NCBI RefSeq assembly: GCF_042675745.1 | Contig: NZ_JBHTJM010000002.1 | Coordinates: forward strand, 96,563-160,562 | Direction: 5' to 3' | DNA: 64,000 bases | Origin: Pseudofulvibacter geojedonensis | GTDB lineage: Bacteria > Bacteroidota > Bacteroidia > Flavobacteriales > Flavobacteriaceae | Shown here: positions 20,101-29,461 of the stretch, piece after piece | Layout of the letters: every line of letters starts with the position of its first letter | Numbering within the stretch: position 1 is the stretch's first letter | Made by a program: the position numbers and the translations under genes | Notes under the pieces: generated by a model | Databases searched by the model: none | What the model saw: the letters and a program-made list of their open reading frames with translations, nothing else | Told to the model about the DNA's origin: nothing

Positions 20101-20520
20101 CACGAACAAAAAGATCCTTTATTAATCTATAAAGAAGAAAGTTTTAAACTATTTAGAACGATGGTTTCTGATATGAATAAAGAAATTATTTCTTTCTTAT
20201 TTAAAGGAGAACTACCTACTCAAGAAGATGCAAATATTAGTGAAGCTAGACAAGCAACTAAAAAACAAGACTACACAGAAAGCAAAGAAGAAGTCTTAAA
20301 TAGTGACGAGTTAGCTGCACAAAATAGAGCAGCAGGTGCAGCTGCCAGCCAACCTCAGCAACAACAGGTTACTGAAACTATTACTCGTGAAACACCAAAA
20401 ATTGGCAGGAATGATACTGTTACCATTAAGCATGTGTTAAGCGGAAAAACAGAAACAATGAAATTTAAAAAAGCAGAACCTTTACTTAAAAAAGGTGAAT
20501 ACGTTTTGATTCAAAACTAA
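17152..20520 (+). CDS. secA: Preprotein translocase ATPase SecA
   Basis: The 1122-aa protein has DEAD-like motor motifs (GEGKTLVATLP; DEIDSVLVDDARTPLIISG) and is collinear with SecA throughout. Confidence 0.97.
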   Translation: MSLLNKVLKVFVGDKSKKDLKDIQPLVNKIKKIEPTLVGISNDELRNKTIEFKAKINDAIADIKSKIDGLKTEIEDTSDIDKKEDLYTQIDKLNEEAYEISEKVLIDILPEAFAVVKETAKRFTENDTVSVTASAYDRELSGIKDFVELNGDQAIWQTSWDAAGTAVTWNMIHYDVQLIGGIAMHQGKIAEMQTGEGKTLVATLPVYLNALTGNGVHLVTVNDYLAKRDCAWMAPLFQFHGLTVDCIDNYQPNSAERRAAYNADITYGTNNEFGFDYLRDNMAHSPDDLVQKKHNFAIVDEIDSVLVDDARTPLIISGPIPQGDRHEFNELKPKIANVVEVQRKYLVGVLAEAKKLIKEGNTEEGGVLLLRVYRGLPKNKALIKFLSEEGIKQLLQKTENKYMADNNREMHKIDAELYFVIEEKNNQIDLTDKGVDFLSKDDGDRDFFVMPDIGTEIAKIESKGLEKEEEADLKEELYRDFSIKSERIHSLNQLLKAYTLFEKDVEYVVMDNKVMIVDESTGRIMDGRRYSDGLHQAIEAKENVKIEAATQTFATITLQNYFRMYNKLSGMTGTAITEAGEFWEIYKLDVVEIPTNRPIARKDKEDLVYKTKREKYNAVIDEVTKLSNEGRPVLIGTTSVEISELLSRMLKIRNIPHNVLNAKMHKKEAEIVAEAGQGGFVTIATNMAGRGTDIKLSDAVKKAGGLAIIGTERHDSRRVDRQLRGRSGRQGDPGSSQFYVSLEDNLMRLFGSERIAKMMDRLGLEEGEVIQHGMISKSIERAQKKVEENSFGTRKHLLEYDDVMSKQRNVIYKRRKNALYGERLSIDIADMIYDTAEVITLNNKPTEDFKNFEFELIRFFSTSSPISEEEFKKLSIQDITGKVYKAVIDHYQEKMKRAADTAFPVIKNVYETQGDQFRRILVPFTDGIKSLNVATDLEKAYKTEGKALITDFEKNITLAIIDDSWKTHLRKMDELKQSVRLAVHEQKDPLLIYKEESFKLFRTMVSDMNKEIISFLFKGELPTQEDANISEARQATKKQDYTESKEEVLNSDELAAQNRAAGAAASQPQQQQVTETITRETPKIGRNDTVTIKHVLSGKTETMKFKKAEPLLKKGEYVLIQN

Positions 20521-20531
20521 AATAAAAAAAA

Positions 20532-20558
20532 GGGTAGAATTTTAATTCTACCCTTTTT
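20532..20558 (+). terminator. Rho-independent terminator of secA
   Basis: GGGTAGAATT-tt-AATTCTACCC forms a 9-10 bp perfect stem followed by TTTTT. Confidence 0.8.
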
Positions 20559-20721
20559 ACTTCTTTTTAAATTGCTCACTAAAACTACAAAGCTATTTAA
20601 ACCTTATTTTCTTAAACATTTTTACACTTATTACCTCTTTTAAAGCCTACAGTTTTTTGTGTTTTAACTTTATCAATCAGATAAATGGATCACCTTATCT
20701 CCTACTGACAAAAAAACAGCT

Positions 20722-22860
20722 TTATTTAATCTGAATTTTTTTCATTATTATTTTGTCGTTATATTTTATTCTTAACAAATACATTCCCGAACTTAATGAA
20801 CTATTTATTGAAAAGTTAAGATTATACACTCCCTTATTAAAGTTAGTAGGCTCAATTATTTCATATACTTTTTTCCCTGTAAAATCATATAAAGCAAAAT
20901 TTAATTCAGTCTTATTGTTTACTATAAAATGAATATTACCTTGACTTTCTAATGGATTAGGATAAACTCCTATCACTATTAAATCTTCAGAAGAAGAGTT
21001 AGCTTCAACTGGGTATGGATATTCTCCATAAGACAATACAGCTTCTGTTGGCGCATTAGTTTCTACTACATTACAAACATCCTTATCTACAAACCAGCTT
21101 TTATAATAATATTGTCCAGAATTTGCAGATGTAATATCATTTATAAAATACCAATCTGCTTGCACTCTATTAGGACTTACATCTAATATATAATAACCAT
21201 GCCCATCTAAATTTACATCTTTCATATGAGAATTTGCTGTTAAAGCATAAGTCTCTGCCAACCAAGACGCTACTCCTCCATAAGCATCTAAATTTTCTGA
21301 AGTAATACTAGGAACTATAAATTCTACTGCCTGACAAGTGTTATTGTACTCAACATTACCAGAAAACATACTGTGAATATCTCCTGTTAATATTACGTTA
21401 TTCCTTATGGTATTATCATCTAAAAACTTTAACAATCTTTCTCTTTCTTCAGAATATCCATCCCAAGCATCATTAGTAGGAACCCCATTAAATGGCATTA
21501 ACATAACTTGATTCCCTATAATACGCCATGTAGCCGTAGAACCTTGCAGTAAACTGGTTAACCAATTATATTGTTCTTCTCCTAATATTGAGACATAAGA
21601 ATTTCTAATATCATGATTAGAATTTACATATGCTTTATTAATAACTTCTCTTGCTTTAGAACTTTCATATTTACTAGGTGATACTTTAACACCATTCTGC
21701 TTAAATTCATAAGCAATATGCGCAAAATGATGAATTAAAAAATCTATCTCTTCATTTGTTAATAAACTAATATCTAAATACAACGGTGCTATTTGCCTAA
21801 GCAATTCTTTACAGTCTTCTAAAGAATTGATAGATTTGGTTTGTATCAAATCTTTTATAAAACTTTTTTTCTCTTCTTTACTTAAAGATTGATTTGAAAC
21901 TTTAGAACTTAAAGCTTCTCCCCTACCAACTATCCTAGTATCTAGCATGTACAAATCAACCAAATTACCAAAAGAAAATTCTCTATACAATCTATATTCT
22001 TCAATTGAGTTAGCTCTAATTGGCAACCATTCAAAATAAGCTTTATAGGCATTATTCTTTCTTGTTTCCCAACTTCCTTCTGTTGCATTATCATGATTTT
22101 CAGCGCTGTATTTATTAGCATCATTACTAAACTCATGATCATCCCAAATAAGAATAAATGGATGCTGCTGATGCAAGTTTCGCAGCATAGGATCGAGTCG
22201 ATAATAAGAATACCTTACTCTATAATCATTTAGAGTTACCGTTTCATTAGCTGGCAAATGTCCTCTACCTATACTGCTACTATAACCATACCCTCCGCTT
22301 TCGTACTCATAAATATAATCTCCTAAATGAAGTATAACATCTATATCTGTTCTATTAGCAAGCTCTTGATAGCCTGTAAAATAACCATTTTGATAATTAG
22401 AACACGAAACAACTCCAAACCGAACATTGTTTACGGTTCCTGTTGGGGCTGTTCTTGTTTTACCTATAATAGACTTTTGCCCAGAAGACTCAAATTGATA
22501 ATAATAAGTAGCTCCAGCATTTAACCCTGTAACATCTACTTTTGCTGTATAATCTTTAGTATCATTAGTAATTACTATTCCTGACTGAACCACTGTATTC
22601 ATAGATGGGTCTGTAGCTACCGACCATTTAACTAAAGCTCCCGCGGCATTTGTTGTAATTCTAGTCCAAATAACAACAGCATTATCTGTAGGATCACCAG
22701 ATGCAACACCATGATAAAAAGGAGCTAAAGAAGAATCGAAATAGTCCTCTATATTACCACTAGAAATGTTTCTATTTATTTGAGTAATAGTAGCATTTTT
22801 AGATTGAGACCAACTTAAATAAAATGAGCCCATAAGAATTATAAATAACAACTTTCTCAT
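20722..22860 (-). CDS. phoD: PhoD-like alkaline phosphatase (metallophosphatase) with a T9SS C-terminal sorting domain
   Basis: It has a signal peptide, the PhoD N-domain motif FYHGVASGDPTDNAVVIWTR, calcineurin-like core motifs (GDYIYE, DDHEFSND) and a C-terminal beta-sandwich CTD ending MYLLRIKYNDKIIMKKIQIK. Confidence 0.8.
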   Translation of the reverse strand: MRKLLFIILMGSFYLSWSQSKNATITQINRNISSGNIEDYFDSSLAPFYHGVASGDPTDNAVVIWTRITTNAAGALVKWSVATDPSMNTVVQSGIVITNDTKDYTAKVDVTGLNAGATYYYQFESSGQKSIIGKTRTAPTGTVNNVRFGVVSCSNYQNGYFTGYQELANRTDIDVILHLGDYIYEYESGGYGYSSSIGRGHLPANETVTLNDYRVRYSYYRLDPMLRNLHQQHPFILIWDDHEFSNDANKYSAENHDNATEGSWETRKNNAYKAYFEWLPIRANSIEEYRLYREFSFGNLVDLYMLDTRIVGRGEALSSKVSNQSLSKEEKKSFIKDLIQTKSINSLEDCKELLRQIAPLYLDISLLTNEEIDFLIHHFAHIAYEFKQNGVKVSPSKYESSKAREVINKAYVNSNHDIRNSYVSILGEEQYNWLTSLLQGSTATWRIIGNQVMLMPFNGVPTNDAWDGYSEERERLLKFLDDNTIRNNVILTGDIHSMFSGNVEYNNTCQAVEFIVPSITSENLDAYGGVASWLAETYALTANSHMKDVNLDGHGYYILDVSPNRVQADWYFINDITSANSGQYYYKSWFVDKDVCNVVETNAPTEAVLSYGEYPYPVEANSSSEDLIVIGVYPNPLESQGNIHFIVNNKTELNFALYDFTGKKVYEIIEPTNFNKGVYNLNFSINSSLSSGMYLLRIKYNDKIIMKKIQIK

Positions 22861-22861
22861 C

Positions 22862-25225
22862 TTATTTCCTGGTTATTAGTTTAGAAATTATATTCCCTTT
22901 AGTATCGCTTATTCTTATATAATAGTTACCCTTTACTAAATGCTGAGTATTTACAACTACTTTATTATTTGCTACATACTGTTTTCTTGCATAAATTAAT
23001 TTTCCTGATAAATCATATATACCTAAATCTACCTGCTTAATAGAACTAGGAATTGATACAAATAGGTAATCTTTAAAAGGTATAGGATATACTTTTACAT
23101 TTTCAGTTAAAAATTCGTTCTCTTCAGTTTTTAATGTATTGCCATTAAATTGATATTCTATATGAAGTTTTGCTGCTTTAGCTGGATTATTATCGTAAGA
23201 ATAGGCTTTTCTTCTATCATTATCATTGTCTTTATCCCAAAGTATAAAACTCATCGCATTTCCATACTTCCAATCATTACGGTTTACAATAGCCTGAACC
23301 ATTCCGCTTAAACTGGGTGTTCTTGTATCTGTACTTATTTCATCGGTACTCCAGGCAGCTGGATTCCAATCAACTGTAGCTGTTCTAGACATACCAGAAA
23401 CACCATAATCTCCAACTATTTTTGGGGAATCTCCAGAATTATGAGCAGCTATACGCAAGGTTACAGCATTACTTTGTGAGTCTTCTGCAACAAATTGTAT
23501 GTAGGCATTTGTGATAATAGCATTTTCTGGAACAATTACATTCTGAAAACGTAAACCTATGTATTGATTAGTCCCAAAAGCTGTCCATGTATAATCAAAA
23601 GCTAATTCTAAATCGGAGCTATCGTAATACAATTCTCCATTATCATCAATACCTTCCTCTACATCATCATTACCACTTGAAATTGGTATTTCTACTGTTT
23701 CAGAAAAATTACCTACATTAACATAAATAGTTTCTTCATCGTAAGCAGAAAAATTATCATTATAAGCAAAAACAGTTATTTTATGCCTTCCGCTAGGGAA
23801 ATTATAGTTAACTGCATAAGGAGCTTCAGTGTCAATTCCTATAGAATTTCCATTTACATGAAAATCTACAGCTGCTATTCCTGAACCTGTATTTAATACA
23901 TTTAAATCTATAGGAGTTGTAACTCCACTAGCTATAGCTTGCCCATTAACCAAGTTTGCATATTCTACATCTGGCACAGTGGCCACTAAAGATTGATTGA
24001 TTATTTCTATTACAGATCCATTAGATGGATTCCATAAATTTAAATTAGAAGGTAAATTAAAAACGTTATTATTATCTACATCTGTTACAAGGTCTGCATT
24101 GTCTACAACTACAGTTCTAATTTGAATTTTATATTCATCAACAAAAATTAGTTTAAATTGGTTGAAAGAACTACTATCTCTTGTCCACGGCTTATTATCA
24201 TCATTAGCTCGTAAAGGCGCTCCCCAACAACCTTCACCAACATAAACAGAACCATTAACATCATCTCGTTCAAAACCTTCACTACAATTAGCTCCGCTAT
24301 TACATGGTTTTACTGGCCAAGTAGTTTTTACAGTGTGTGAATCACTTTCACATACCAACCTAACTCCATTATCATAAAATAATTGAGCCCAATTATTATA
24401 TTCATCATTACCTTCACTTTTACCACTTTCATGTGGCCTCATTGGCTTATGATATTGAGCCATTTTCCAAACAACATCACTATTCGAGCTGAGATCTGAA
24501 GATAACCAAGAACCCTGACTTCCACCAGCAGCAATTTCTGAATTTAATGTATAAGATCTTATTAAGTTGTTACCAAAAGTTAATGCATAATATACATCTG
24601 TAGAAGATGTGTCAAATAAATTATAAATATCTGCATTAGAACTTTCATGATTACCCCTAGCTGGTATTATAGGAAACATTCTACCATCTGAAGCTATTGT
24701 ATACTGCCAATCATCCATCCATTCTTGCCATTCTGAACTCGTATTGACATTGGTCATGTCTCCTCCAAAAAATACAGCATGTGGCTTTAACTTAGCTACT
24801 AGCTTATTAGCATTTTTCCTTGGTGTTCTATTGTTTCTAGAATCACCACCAGCAATAAAAGATAATTTCTCATTAGTATTTGGTGCTGTTTTAAACCAAA
24901 ACCTACTACTCGTTCCTTCAGAGTCTTTAATAACAAAATAATAAACCGTATTAGGAGATAAATCAGATAACCTTACAAATCTGTTATTCATTCCTTTATG
25001 AGAAACTGAACGATCTACCCCTTTAGAAGAAGGATAAGATGCCCAGTTGACACCTAAATCTGTATCGCCATAGTAAACAATAGGATTATTACCAGAAATT
25101 TGATTCCAACCAATTGTAATAGTTGAAGAAGGTGAGTTAGTTAATATAAGTCTGTATTTATCATTAGAAGAAAATGACAAATAGCTTATTAATAACACTA
25201 ATATAGAAAGTATTCTTTTTTTCAT
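22862..25225 (-). CDS. Purple-acid-phosphatase-like calcineurin-type metallophosphoesterase with an N-terminal FN3-like domain and a T9SS C-terminal domain
   Basis: It has a signal peptide, the metallophosphatase motifs GGDSRN ... GGDMT ... ARGNHE and a CTD ending NYYIRISDTKGNIISKLITRK. Confidence 0.75.
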   Translation of the reverse strand: MKKRILSILVLLISYLSFSSNDKYRLILTNSPSSTITIGWNQISGNNPIVYYGDTDLGVNWASYPSSKGVDRSVSHKGMNNRFVRLSDLSPNTVYYFVIKDSEGTSSRFWFKTAPNTNEKLSFIAGGDSRNNRTPRKNANKLVAKLKPHAVFFGGDMTNVNTSSEWQEWMDDWQYTIASDGRMFPIIPARGNHESSNADIYNLFDTSSTDVYYALTFGNNLIRSYTLNSEIAAGGSQGSWLSSDLSSNSDVVWKMAQYHKPMRPHESGKSEGNDEYNNWAQLFYDNGVRLVCESDSHTVKTTWPVKPCNSGANCSEGFERDDVNGSVYVGEGCWGAPLRANDDNKPWTRDSSSFNQFKLIFVDEYKIQIRTVVVDNADLVTDVDNNNVFNLPSNLNLWNPSNGSVIEIINQSLVATVPDVEYANLVNGQAIASGVTTPIDLNVLNTGSGIAAVDFHVNGNSIGIDTEAPYAVNYNFPSGRHKITVFAYNDNFSAYDEETIYVNVGNFSETVEIPISSGNDDVEEGIDDNGELYYDSSDLELAFDYTWTAFGTNQYIGLRFQNVIVPENAIITNAYIQFVAEDSQSNAVTLRIAAHNSGDSPKIVGDYGVSGMSRTATVDWNPAAWSTDEISTDTRTPSLSGMVQAIVNRNDWKYGNAMSFILWDKDNDNDRRKAYSYDNNPAKAAKLHIEYQFNGNTLKTEENEFLTENVKVYPIPFKDYLFVSIPSSIKQVDLGIYDLSGKLIYARKQYVANNKVVVNTQHLVKGNYYIRISDTKGNIISKLITRK

Positions 25226-25396
25226 TTTAATTAAAATTTTTGCGTAAAACTAAAATGAAAAAACCTACAAAACTATGCGTACATAATAATTAACCAAATC
25301 TTAAAAAGCATAACTTTTTAATAAAAAACGCGTAACAAAAAATCAAAGAAAAAATAACTTTAACAGCCTAGATTTGTATGTTAAATTGATTCAATT

Positions 25397-26284
25397 ATGA
25401 ATAAGAATATAATTCTCTTATTGAGAATATCTTGCTTTTGTGTATTAATAGGTAGAGCATACCAATTTATTTTTTGGGATGCTCCATTTAGAACTTTATT
25501 ATGGGATCAAAAACTAATTGAACCTTTAATCAACCTATTGGGTTACAGCTGGAAAGAATATGCTAACAGTTTAAGAATAGATTCTTTAATAAAACTATCA
25601 ATAAAATTAAATGGTATTTTTTTCTTTATTAGTGCTTTTTTAGTATTATTTTCTAATAACAAATCTAAAAACTGGATGAAAACTATTATCTGGTTAAGTG
25701 GAATAAGTTTAATAATTCTAGCTTTACTTCAGACCAAAGAAAAGTTTTATCATTTGGCGATGTTTTTTGAACACTCGATTCAGTTTAGTTTACCATTCTT
25801 ACTTATATATTTTACAAAAACCAATAACTATTTAAGCTTTACTTGGTATTTAAAAACCATCATTGCTCTTACATTTACTTGTCATGGTTTATATGCTATT
25901 GGCTGCATATATCCTTTGCCTGCAAATTTTGTAACCATGAGTTTAAATACTCTCCCTTTAACAGAAACTCAAGTAAAATACTTTCTATTTATTGCGGGTA
26001 TATTAGACTTTATAATAGCTATAGGTATATTTATTCCTAAGTTGTACAAACCAATATTAATGTACGCGATCTTTTGGGGAAGTATAACTGCTATAGCTAG
26101 AATAGCTAGCGGACTAACTTATGATGTTTCAATAAATATATTTCATCAATACTTATACCAAACCATATATAGAGTTCCTCATGGAATAGCTCCTATAATT
26201 TTATTGTACCTTACTATAAAATATTCTTCATTTATTTCCCCACAAAACAATATATTAAGCTCAGATTTAGATTGTAACAAATAA
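25397..26284 (+). CDS. Polytopic integral membrane protein of unknown function (about 8 TM)
   Basis: Only the hydrophobicity pattern is available, and I recognise no catalytic motif. Confidence 0.55.
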   Translation: MNKNIILLLRISCFCVLIGRAYQFIFWDAPFRTLLWDQKLIEPLINLLGYSWKEYANSLRIDSLIKLSIKLNGIFFFISAFLVLFSNNKSKNWMKTIIWLSGISLIILALLQTKEKFYHLAMFFEHSIQFSLPFLLIYFTKTNNYLSFTWYLKTIIALTFTCHGLYAIGCIYPLPANFVTMSLNTLPLTETQVKYFLFIAGILDFIIAIGIFIPKLYKPILMYAIFWGSITAIARIASGLTYDVSINIFHQYLYQTIYRVPHGIAPIILLYLTIKYSSFISPQNNILSSDLDCNK

Positions 26285-26334
26285 ATCTGTTTATAATTTA
26301 TAGTGAAAATCATTTAATGCAACACTAATTTTAC

Positions 26335-27018
26335 CTAATAAACTTTTAGCAACAAATTAGGGTCTGGACAATTATTCAGATCTCTTTTTTGTTCGTTCAA
26401 TGAAGTAACTCCTTTATAATCTCCAAAACTTCCCTCTAAATCTTTTATTATTTGAAAATGTAAATGAGGAGCATAATCACCATTAACAGACGCATCTCCT
26501 AAATAAGCTAATTCTTCTCCTTTTTTGAATTCTTGACCAATTGTTAGATTTGATATAGATTCTAAGCTTAAATGCCCATAAAGAGTATAAAAAATTACTC
26601 CTTCAATTACATGTTCAAGAATAATTGTTGGCCCATAATCTCCAAAAGCAGTATTGTTTTTAAAACTATGCACCTTACCCTCTAACGGTACAAGCACAGG
26701 TGTATTCGCACTACACCAGAAGTCCATTCCTAAATGAATATTTCTTTCTTTTTTATAATCAGTTTCGAAAAAATGATTGCTTCTTTGGTATATTTTTCGT
26801 GTTTCGTTATAACCACCAAAAGCAACTGAGGCTTGTTTTTTATCTAATAAAGAATTAATATAATTTTCAAATTCTTCTGCAGATGTAATATCAAAGTCTA
26901 ATAGCTCTTTATTAGACTCTGCTAAATCTAATGGAGTATACTTTTTATAATTAAAAGCATTTATAACATATAAAGGTTCACAACTATAATTAAATAGTAA
27001 TTGTTCAAAAGAATTCAT
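26335..27018 (-). CDS. M23-family metallo-endopeptidase (LytM/lysostaphin-like)
   Basis: It has the HxxxD motif (HLGMDFW) and the HxH motif (HLHFQI). It is immediately downstream of, and co-directional with, the XRE-S24 regulator. Confidence 0.75.
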   Translation of the reverse strand: MNSFEQLLFNYSCEPLYVINAFNYKKYTPLDLAESNKELLDFDITSAEEFENYINSLLDKKQASVAFGGYNETRKIYQRSNHFFETDYKKERNIHLGMDFWCSANTPVLVPLEGKVHSFKNNTAFGDYGPTIILEHVIEGVIFYTLYGHLSLESISNLTIGQEFKKGEELAYLGDASVNGDYAPHLHFQIIKDLEGSFGDYKGVTSLNEQKRDLNNCPDPNLLLKVY

Positions 27019-27021
27019 AAT

Positions 27022-27783
27022 CTACTCTCCTATTTTTCGTTTAATCTTACTTAATTCATTAGCCAATATAGACAATTGATCTTCTAAATCATCCTTATAA
27101 TCTGGTATACGCTTATAAAACACATATTTAATCTTCCATATTTCATCAATATCTTTCTTATCAAACTCTTTATCATCTATATTAATATGATCTGCACGTA
27201 AAACAACAGTGTTCTTTACCAAATACAACCTTCTTAATATTAATTTTCCTTTTACCAATACCAATACTAAAGTTCCATTAAGCAACTCTTTTATTTTATT
27301 GACTGGAAAATAATGACCTACAACAATATCATTGGGATACAATCCTTTGTCATGAGAAGTCATTTCCAAATTATTAATAGTATAACCACGCAAAGGCAAT
27401 GTATTCTTAACAGGTAACTTTAAAGCTGGCATTTGATTAACAAAAGTTTCTTTTTCATAAAACTGAATATAATCAGAACTATTACTTTCTGTAATACATG
27501 GTATACTTGCAAATTTTTCTTGAGTCAACTCGTTTACATCTGTAGTTATACCACTTTTAAACTGCAACAACTCATTAACGGTTAAATCTCTAGTAAGTAT
27601 ATCATCAATTTTTATGCTAAATTTATTAGCAACCATAATAATTGTATCTATCTTAGGCTCACTCCTACCTTCTTCGTAAGCCCCTAGTGTTGCGCGCTTT
27701 AAACCAAATAAATCTGCGAAAGCCTGCTGACTTAAGTTCTTTACACTTCGTATTTTTTTAATGTTTTTTCCAAAAAACGACAT
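27022..27783 (-). CDS. XRE-family HTH regulator with a C-terminal S24 (LexA/CI-like) self-cleaving peptidase domain
   Basis: It has an N-terminal HTH_XRE (IKKIRSVKNLSQQAFADLFGLKRATLGAYEEG). The C-terminal beta-domain carries a Ser region (EMTSHDKG) and a LexA-like Lys motif (LVLVKGKLILRRL, which resembles VTVKRL). Confidence 0.65.
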   Translation of the reverse strand: MSFFGKNIKKIRSVKNLSQQAFADLFGLKRATLGAYEEGRSEPKIDTIIMVANKFSIKIDDILTRDLTVNELLQFKSGITTDVNELTQEKFASIPCITESNSSDYIQFYEKETFVNQMPALKLPVKNTLPLRGYTINNLEMTSHDKGLYPNDIVVGHYFPVNKIKELLNGTLVLVLVKGKLILRRLYLVKNTVVLRADHINIDDKEFDKKDIDEIWKIKYVFYKRIPDYKDDLEDQLSILANELSKIKRKIGE

Positions 27784-28074
27784 AATTATGCTAATTTTAT
27801 TTGCAAATATGATTTTTTTATGTAAATTTACACTATAATTATTAGCAAAAGCTACAAATATTAGCTATAAATAATAATTAAGCTATCAAATATAGCAATA
27901 AAAACTAGAGTCGACTAAAAAAATTAGCAAATTACTAACTAAAAACAAAAAACAACTATGTTATTAATCGTATCAGAATTGGTAAAATATACCATCAGTT
28001 TAGTGAGTTATATCGTAAACTTTTTGTAATATTAAATCCCTAAAACTAATCATTAAAATCTGATTTTACCAAGA

Positions 28075-28473
28075 ATGAAAAAAACAAAATTTGACATCAT
28101 TAAAGACTACTTAATCGAGTTAAATTACAGTATTACTCACGAAGATAAATCTAGTGGTATACTGATGATTCAAAAAGAAAGTGAAGGAATTAAAAACTTA
28201 ATTATAGGTGTTGCAGATCCTATATTAATTATAGAACAATACATTTTTAAGATCAATACTCCTTCAGAAAATATCTTTAAACAATTGTTACAAAAGAACA
28301 GAGATATTGTTCATGGAGCATTTGTTTTAGATGAAACTGGACAAAAAGTAATCTTTAGAGATAGCTTACAACTAGAAAACCTAGACCTAAACGAGCTGGA
28401 AGGAAGTATCAACTCACTTAGCTTATTGCTTAGTGAATACTCAGAACAAATATTAGAGTTCTCAAAATATTAG
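28075..28473 (+). CDS. Hypothetical cytoplasmic protein (possibly a YbjN/T3SS-chaperone-like fold)
   Basis: It is a 132-aa acidic protein and the first gene of the co-directional PspA cluster. The fold assignment is a guess. Confidence 0.5.
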   Translation: MKKTKFDIIKDYLIELNYSITHEDKSSGILMIQKESEGIKNLIIGVADPILIIEQYIFKINTPSENIFKQLLQKNRDIVHGAFVLDETGQKVIFRDSLQLENLDLNELEGSINSLSLLLSEYSEQILEFSKY

Positions 28474-28528
28474 CAATTATTTGATGTTCTGACTTCTCTA
28501 AAAGTTTAACCTAAAAAACTAACCATTT

Positions 28529-28972
28529 ATGAGAAAAGAATATCAAATAAAACATAAGCTTTTTAAAAACTTTACAGATATAATTTATAATAACCAAAAG
28601 GTAGGAGAAATTAAACGAATGTCTTGGTATGGAAATCTTAATATTACAGTTAATGAGCTTTCATATACATTTATAAGAAAAGGAGTTTTAAATCCTATCA
28701 TAGAAATTTATAATACCAATAACGAATTGTTGGGAAAAATAAAAAATAATGGTTGGGGAAAGTTAACTGTAGAATTTGAAAATAAAACCTACTTGTTTAA
28801 ACCAATAAATAGATGGACAGGAATTTGGGGACTTTTTAAAAATGAACAAAAGATAAACTCTTTTAAAAATAAATTCTTAAAAGCCAGTTTAATTGACTAC
28901 ACAAACAACTTAAAACTACTTTTAATTAGTTTATCTATAATAAACTCAAGTCAACAAGTAGTTGTAGGATAA
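28529..28972 (+). CDS. Hypothetical protein
   Basis: It is a 147-aa ORF with compatible coding periodicity and no recognisable motif. Confidence 0.45.
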   Translation: MRKEYQIKHKLFKNFTDIIYNNQKVGEIKRMSWYGNLNITVNELSYTFIRKGVLNPIIEIYNTNNELLGKIKNNGWGKLTVEFENKTYLFKPINRWTGIWGLFKNEQKINSFKNKFLKASLIDYTNNLKLLLISLSIINSSQQVVVG

Positions 28973-28997
28973 AACTAACCAATAAAAAAACAATATT

Positions 28998-29312
28998 ATG
29001 ATTATATCAACCACAGATACCGTACCAAACAAAGAAATAGTAACCATTTTAGGTGTTGCTAGAGGGAGTACCGTAAGAGCAAGAAATATAGGACGTGACA
29101 TTTTTGCTGGCCTAAAAAATATAGTAGGTGGCGAAATTGAAGAGTATACCAAGTTGCAAGCTCATGCTAGAGAACAAGCTATGCAGCGTATGATAGAAGA
29201 TGCTAGAAAACTAGGTGCAGATGCCGTAATTAATATTCGCCTTACTACTTCAATGGTTATGCAAGGTGCTTCAGAAATATTAGCCTATGGTACTGCCGTA
29301 AAATTAAGTTAG
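28998..29312 (+). CDS. YbjQ/UPF0145 (DUF74) family protein
   Basis: The 104-aa protein contains VAR..VRARNIGRDIFAGLKNIVGGEI...ADAVINIRL..., characteristic of YbjQ. Confidence 0.85.
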   Translation: MIISTTDTVPNKEIVTILGVARGSTVRARNIGRDIFAGLKNIVGGEIEEYTKLQAHAREQAMQRMIEDARKLGADAVINIRLTTSMVMQGASEILAYGTAVKLS

Positions 29313-29313
29313 T

Positions 29314-29439
29314 ATGGAAGCTGCAGCAATTGGATTTCAGTTACTAGTATGGGCTGTCATCCTCATCATATTAGTCTATTTAATTTTTAGGCGAATACGA
29401 GTTAAGAAAACAGAAAATTTTGAACATAGAGATAATTAA
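29314..29439 (+). CDS. Candidate 41-aa small membrane peptide (TM plus basic tail)
   Basis: The peptide is MEAAAIGFQLLVWAVILIILVYLIFRRIRVKKTENFEHRDN. It starts 2 nt after the ybjQ stop, lies immediately upstream of pspA, and falls below the ORF-track length cutoff. Confidence 0.35.
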   Translation: MEAAAIGFQLLVWAVILIILVYLIFRRIRVKKTENFEHRDN

Positions 29440-29461
29440 ACACAAATTAAACCAATAAATC

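Noticed and set aside
27784-28074. AGCTAyAAATA-like repeated words in the divergent intergenic region upstream of the XRE-S24 regulator
   Set aside because: The region is extremely AT-rich, and such short repeats occur by chance. No convincing palindrome was found by eye.
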